DNA of 64,000 nucleotides, taken from contig CDPCPM010000571.1 of assembly GCA_976551045.1 (NCBI GenBank), positions 1 to 64,000 of the forward strand. The letters are read 5' to 3'. Below the pieces are notes generated by a model. The model saw nothing but the letters and a program-made list of their open reading frames with translations. It had not been told where the DNA came from and ran no database searches. The stretch comes from Glaucostegus cemiculus. Its lineage: Eukaryota. Below, piece after piece: positions 58,401 through 64,000 of this stretch (position 1 is the stretch's first letter; each line of letters begins with the position of its first letter). Position numbers and translations under genes: made by a program.

Positions 58401-58884
58401 GTTAAATAAACAAAGATATCCCTTTGTAACAAATCTCAGTTCCGCTTAAAGAGGAATCAATACAGGAAAAACCATGGTAAAAGTGATTGAGAAACTCCTC
58501 AAGCTGAGGAACTGCAGTGATCATGGGCATCCACAATTTCTACAGAAACATTGAAGAAGTTTTTATGTTCACTATTGAACCGTCCTTCTGGACTCAAGCA
58601 AAGCGCCCTCCAGCAAATCAATACTCATTCCCGGAGAGTAAATGAAAATCAAAAATCTGCAGATGCAGGACATCTGGCCAAAGGGCTGTATTGTTCTATT
58701 GTTCTAATCTGGAATCAAAACAGACGTTGCCGTAACCACTCAGCAGGTCAGCCAGCATTTATAGAGAGAGAATCAGAGTTAATATTTCAGGTTGAAAACC
58801 TGCTCGAGGAAAGTTTATTGATCCGAACCAGTGACTCTGTTTCTCCCTCTACAGATGCTGCCTGATCAGCTGCGTGTTTCTGTC

Positions 58885-59565
58885 ATAATGAATAGCCTGT
58901 CCTGGTCCAACCACGATGCCATGGCCAAGAAAGTGCACCAGCACCTCTACCTCTTCAGGGGGCTAAAGAAATTTGGCATGTCCCTGTTGACCCTCACCAA
59001 TATTTATAGATACACCACAGAAACCATCCTATCCGGATGTATCATGGTTGGGTATGACAACTGTCCTGGCTGAGACCACAAGAAGCTGCAGAGAGTTGTG
59101 GACACAGCTCAGCACATCACGGAAACCAGCCTCCCCTCCATGGGCTCCAGGTCTACACTTCTGGCTGCCCTGGTAAAGCAGCCAACATCATCAAAGACCC
59201 CTCTCACCACAGACATCCTCTCTTCTCCGTCCTCCCATCGTGCAGAATATTCAAAAGCCTGGAACTATGTACCACCAGGCTCAAGGACAGCTTCTATCAT
59301 GCTAGGGGAATGGTCGCCTAGTATGATAAGATGGACTCTTGACCTCACAATCTACCTCATTGCAGTCTTGAACCTTATTGTCTGCCTGTTCTGCACTTCC
59401 TCTGTATCTCTGTAACACTTTATTCTGCATTCAGTTATTGCTGTTCCCTTGAATTACATTAATGTACTGATGTGATGAAATGATCTGTCTGGATGGCATG
59501 CAGAACAAAGTTTTTCACCATATCTCAGTACATGTGACAATAATAAACTGATTTGCCAATTTATT
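58885..59565 (+). mobile_element. Rex1/Babar-like LINE 3' part inserted into a Penelope hairpin arm
   Basis: LSWSNH..AMAKKVHQHLYLFRGLKKFGMS...TETILSGCIMVGYDNC; tail ttttcaccatatctcagtacatgtgacaataataaac. Confidence 0.8.
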
Positions 59566-59639
59566 TCTAGTGTTTTCTGTTTTAATTCATTCCTCAAGTT
59601 TAGAAATGTGATTTAAATTTAAGATTTTTAAAAAATTTT

Positions 59640-59863
59640 ATTTACAGCATGGTAACAGGCCCTTTCGGCCCTCCGAGTCCACGTCGCCCATTTTAAACCC
59701 CCAAATTAACCTACCCGTACGTCGAGGAAACCGGAGCACCCGGAGGAAACCCACGCAGACACGGGAGAACATACAAACTCCTTACAGTCAGCAACGGGAA
59801 TCGAACCCCGATCGCTGGTGCTGTAACAGCGTCGCGCTAACCGCTACGCTATCGTGCCGCCCA
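59640..59863 (-). mobile_element. Young V-core tRNA-SINE with CR1-like tail
   Basis: CpGs intact; reverse complement gggcggcacgatagcgtagcggttagc...ggttcgattcc followed by the V core; tail gggccgaaagggcctgttaccatgctgtaaat. Confidence 0.9.
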
Positions 59864-59889
59864 CTTAGTGCAGATTTAGTGCAGAAAGC

Positions 59890-59965
59890 AGTCCTGGATA
59901 AAATGTCGGCACAACATTGTGGGCCGAAGGGCCTGTACTGTGCTGTAGTGTTCTATGTTCTATGG
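59890..59965 (+). mobile_element. Very short CR1 3' tail insertion
   Basis: cggcacaacattgtgggccgaagggcctgtactgtgctgtagtgttctatgttctatg. Confidence 0.8.
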
Positions 59966-60617
59966 ATGAGTCCACATTTCCATACTTCTGCAACTATGTC
60001 CGTACTCTGGGTGACTCTGGACACAACTGTAATGTCTGTAGGTGTGCTTGAGATCTTCAACAACCATTGGCATCAAAGGGATCAGTATGCAATATAAGAG
60101 CACAAGAAAAATTCTGATTGAGCCTCATGTACAATGTGTTTCCCCTGACTGGGTTGGCTAGAACTAGGGACCACAGTTTCAAAATGAAGGGTTATCTGCT
60201 GAAAGTGGAGAGGACAGAGCAGGCTCAATGAGCCTCATATTTCTGACTGATCAAATGTGATGTCAACCACTGGTTCTGTGTTGCAATAAAGGAGCTAGAA
60301 AGGTGGCAAAATGTACTCTGCCTTCCATCAGTTTGCTACCTCATTCTAATGCTTCAGCTGGCCTCATGGCCAAGTGATGGTATTCGGGTGGAGTCATCCA
60401 AGGATTCACTTTCTGAATTGTGGAATTGAATTAAAAAACAAACCAAAAAAGTTTGTAAGATTTTTTAAAAGTTACATGTTGTCCAAAGGACAGCAATGCA
60501 GTGCAAAACATGAAGCCTAGATCTGTTTTTGTACATCTGTGTTGATGCCTGTATGAGGTTTCTTGAGATTGTGAATTTCCGATCCAGATACATATCAGAT
60601 ACATATCAGATACATAT

Positions 60618-60920
60618 GGGGCAGGCATGGTGGTGTAGTGGTTAGCATAATGCTATTACAGCGCCAGCGACCCGGGTTCAATTCTGGCCGCTGTCTGTAA
60701 GGAGTTTGTATGTTCTCCCCGTGTGTCTGTGTGGTTTTCCTCCAGGGTGCTCCGGTTTCCTCCCACATTCCAAAGACGTACGGGTTAGGAAGTTGTGGGC
60801 ATGCTACGTTGGCGCCAGAAGTGTGGCGACACTTGTGGGCTGCCCCCAGAACACTATGCAGAAGATACATTTCTCTGTGTGTTTCAACGTACGTGTGATG
60901 AATAAAGATATCTTATCTAT
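60618..60920 (+). mobile_element. Full-length V-core tRNA-SINE with Rex-like tail
   Basis: A box TGGTGTAGTGG, B box GGTTCAATTC, V core gtctgtaaggagtttgtatgttctccccgtg...ctccggtttcctcccacattccaaagac; tail catttctctgtgtgtttcaacgtacgtgtgatgaataaag. Confidence 0.9.
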
Positions 60921-61539
60921 CTTATCAAGCTTCAGCAAACTCTGTAGGAACAGAAAGATGCTTTCCTTTCATCTGTGTTCTGCATCTTGACCAGAATGCG
61001 TAATTTACCCTTTTCACATCCACGCAGTAATGCCAACTTCTGTCCCTCTGTTTTATCCGCCAGGTCTTAGAACATCAGGCCTTTTAATGCAGGGAAATAG
61101 CCCATAATATGGTCAGAGAACGGTTGACACTGACGGACTAAGTGATGTGTAAAAGTTAGAACCGGAGAAACAGGAGTGCTAGTGGTGGAGGAGGTTACAG
61201 AGACGGGGAGGCGAGAAGTCATGGAAGAACTTAAAATATTAGGATGAGAATTTTAAATCTAAGGCATCAGACAGTTTACATCAAGTAAGGAAAGTTAAGA
61301 ATTTATGAGCCTTTCCTAAAACTGGAAGTGAAGAAACATTTTGATATTAAGGTCCAGCTGAATTAGCACAGAAGGGAATGTGTATTGGATAGTTCTGAAG
61401 ATCATTTGTTGCTTCATCTTGTCACGTATGTATGAAGGCTAGACTGAGGTTGGATTTCTGATCCCATGTTTTCTCCCATTACACAGACCTCCAGTTGTGA
61501 AAAGCACAACAAATTGTAGGATGCTGGGAGGTGGAGTGA

Positions 61540-61985
61540 AACAGAGGGATCTTGGGACTGGACAGCTAGAAGTCCCTGAAGCCAGCAGAGCAGCTAGATC
61601 AGGTGGTTAAGGAGGTTTATGGGATACTTAGCTTTATCAGCTCAGACATAAAGAGCAGGTAGACCACACCAGAGCTGTACGAAACACTAGGAAGCTGTAA
61701 CTGAAGCACTATATGCAGTTCAGGTGTCCACACTACAGCAAAGATGTGTCAGCGATAGAGAGGATACAGAGGAGACTCACAACGATGTTGTCAAGGTTGA
61801 ACAATTCTAGTTACGTGATTAGTGAGTCTGGGCTTGTCTTCCTTTGGAACAAAGGAGATGCTTAGATAGATTGAAAGGAAGAACTTCTTTCCCTTTGCAG
61901 AAAAGTCAGCAACTAGGGGATAGATTTAATGAGTCACTAAATTGAATGGGAGTTGAGGAAATTTTTCCAGCAGGATGGTGAAATG
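61540..61985 (+). mobile_element. Degenerate CR1 3' fragment
   Basis: gatcaggtggttaaggaggtttatgggatacttagctttatc, equivalent to the [11 protein letters not shown] region. Confidence 0.6.
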
Positions 61986-62745
61986 TTGTCTGAGCCATCT
62001 CTGCTTCCTCCCGAGATCCCCATCATCACAGAAACCTGTCTCTAACCAATTCCAGTCACTTCACGTGATATCAAGAAACAGCTGAGAACATAGGATACAG
62101 TGAATGTTTTGGGCTACTTCTGCCTGACTGTGGTTGTGAATGCTTCAGCCTTGTCTCCAGCACTCACCTGTAAGCCCTGCCATCAATGAGGATGGAGATG
62201 TTCTTGGAATCTCCTCTTCCCATTAGCTGTTTAATGGTCAACCACCATTCATTACTAGATGTGCTGGAACTGCAGAGCTTTGATATGAGCCATTGTGAGA
62301 TTGCTTAGCTCGGTCTGTTACACACTGTTTGGCATGTGTGTGGTCCTATACTGTAGCTTCAGGCACCTCATCATTTATAGCTTGCCTGGTGCTGCTCCCA
62401 GCATGTCCTGCACTGAACCAGTCTGACAGCAATGGCATAGTGAGGTATATGTGGGCCTTAGGTGTTACAGATTGTGGCAGAGGACATTTCTGCTGTTATA
62501 ATGGTCCACAGCAACTCACGGATGCCCGAACAGGTCTGAATCTATCCCATTTAGCACGACTGAAGTGCCACACCACATGATAAAGAGTGTCTGCAGTGTG
62601 AAGGTGGGAATTTGTTTCCATAAGAACAGCACAGAGATCACCTGCCATTGCTCTCACCAACAGATGTATCTGACAAGTAAGTTTATACCTTGTGCTGGTT
62701 CATTTACTACAAGCCACAGACCACATCTGGCAGCTATGACCTTTA

Positions 62746-63970
62746 CACCCATTGTTTCAGCCTGTCCTTGCCCCACCAACCTTACTTCTTCCCACCTTGA
62801 CTCCATCCTTTCCCCCTGGTCTGGCCCGTTCCCACTCACATCTGCAAGACCTCTGATACCCTCCACCACGTTGACCATTTTCAATTCTTTGGTCCCACCA
62901 GTTCACCTTTCCCATGTTTGTACAATCGCTGTGCACCTCCAACCCACGCCAGGTGGGTATGAGGGCCCTCAAACAGAGGTCCAGCAGTTCCCCTCCACCG
63001 ACACACACTTCCAACTCGGTGAACTCATCCTCACATCGAAGAACTTTTTCAACTTCACTCACTCTCTCCAAGTCAGAGGTCTAACAATGGGCACTCACAT
63101 CTTTCTGTGGGATACATGAAACACCCTTTGTTTCAGTCCTATTTATGCTCCCTCCCTCCACTCTTTTTCCAGTACATCAACCACTGCCTTGGCACTACTT
63201 CCTGCAACCATTCTGAACAGAAATGTGATTACTTTTGCTGCCAATTTCTACTCTGTTCTCACCTTTGCATGGTCCATGTCTAATTCTTCCCTTTCTGCAT
63301 CTCTCTGTCTCCATGTCAGGGCCTAGGCTATCCACAAACATCCATTACAAGCTCACAGACTCCCACAGATATCTCGACTATACTTCCTCGCACTCTGCCT
63401 CCAGTAAGAACTCCATTCTCCCAGTTCCTCCACATCTGTAATATTTGTGCTGATGAGACATTCTGCAGAGGTGCCTCTGAAATGTTTTCCCTCCTCCTGA
63501 ACCATGGTTTCCACTTAACCATAGTGAACAGGGCCCTTGATTGCATCTATTTCCGATACCTCTGCTCTCACTCCCTGTCCCCTGGATAGAGCAAAAACAG
63601 AGTTCCCCAACTGTAGAACCATAGAAAACTGCAGCACAGAAAACAGGCCATTCAGCCCTTCTAATCTGTGCCTAAATGTTATTCCGCTAGTCCCATTTAC
63701 CTGCACCCAGCCCATAACCCTTCAGATCTCTCCCATCCATGTATCTATCCAATTTACTCCTAAAAGAGTACCTTCCACTCCACCAGCCTCCATATTCAAC
63801 AAGTCATCCTTTGCGATATCCACCAGTTCCAGTAAGATTCTAACCACAGGCAAATCTTCCCATTCCCTTTCAACATTTCTCAGGAGCCATACCTTTCACG
63901 ACTCCCTGGTCTGTTCTTCCAATCTCACCAGCCATTCCCCGTCCTATGGTACTTGCCCATGATGCAACGC
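62746..63970 (+). mobile_element. Penelope-like element RT region (dead), interrupted by a minus-strand CR1 tail at about 63614-63745
   Basis: PIVSACPCPT...LDSILSP, LILTSKNF...LQVRGLTMGT and STNIHYKLTDSHRYLDYTSSH; the catalytic YIDD has decayed to YINH. Confidence 0.8.
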
Positions 63971-64000
63971 CGGTCCTCCCTTCAGAGTGGCGGTCACTCC

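Noticed and set aside
60618-60690. tRNA gene (A and B boxes), also at about 59790-59863 and 54815-54885
   Set aside because: These are SINE heads that continue into the V core and do not form a complete cloverleaf.

Overview
This is vertebrate genomic DNA. The repeat content (V-core tRNA-SINEs, CR1 LINEs with a TTCTATG tail, Penelope hairpins) suggests a cartilaginous fish, which is an inference. Two protein-coding genes face each other tail-to-tail. (1) A complete 10-exon aldose reductase gene (AKR1B1-like) lies on the + strand, CDS 284..24694, 313 aa, all introns GT-AG, with a CpG-island promoter and AATAAA at 24881. (2) An intact single-exon polycystin gene (PKDREJ-like) lies on the - strand, ATG 53243 to stop 45492, 2583 aa. 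Its promoter region is a 34-bp tandem array in which every unit carries a CRE-like site and a GC/GT box. The rest is mostly decayed retroelements: CR1 (two near-full-length copies with an esterase ORF1), Rex1/Babar, RTE, Penelope, V-SINEs, a Deu-type SINE and a possible solo LTR, plus two minisatellites. Most short ORFs in the track are repeat-derived or spurious. Gene and exon coordinates were read base by base; transposon boundaries are approximate.
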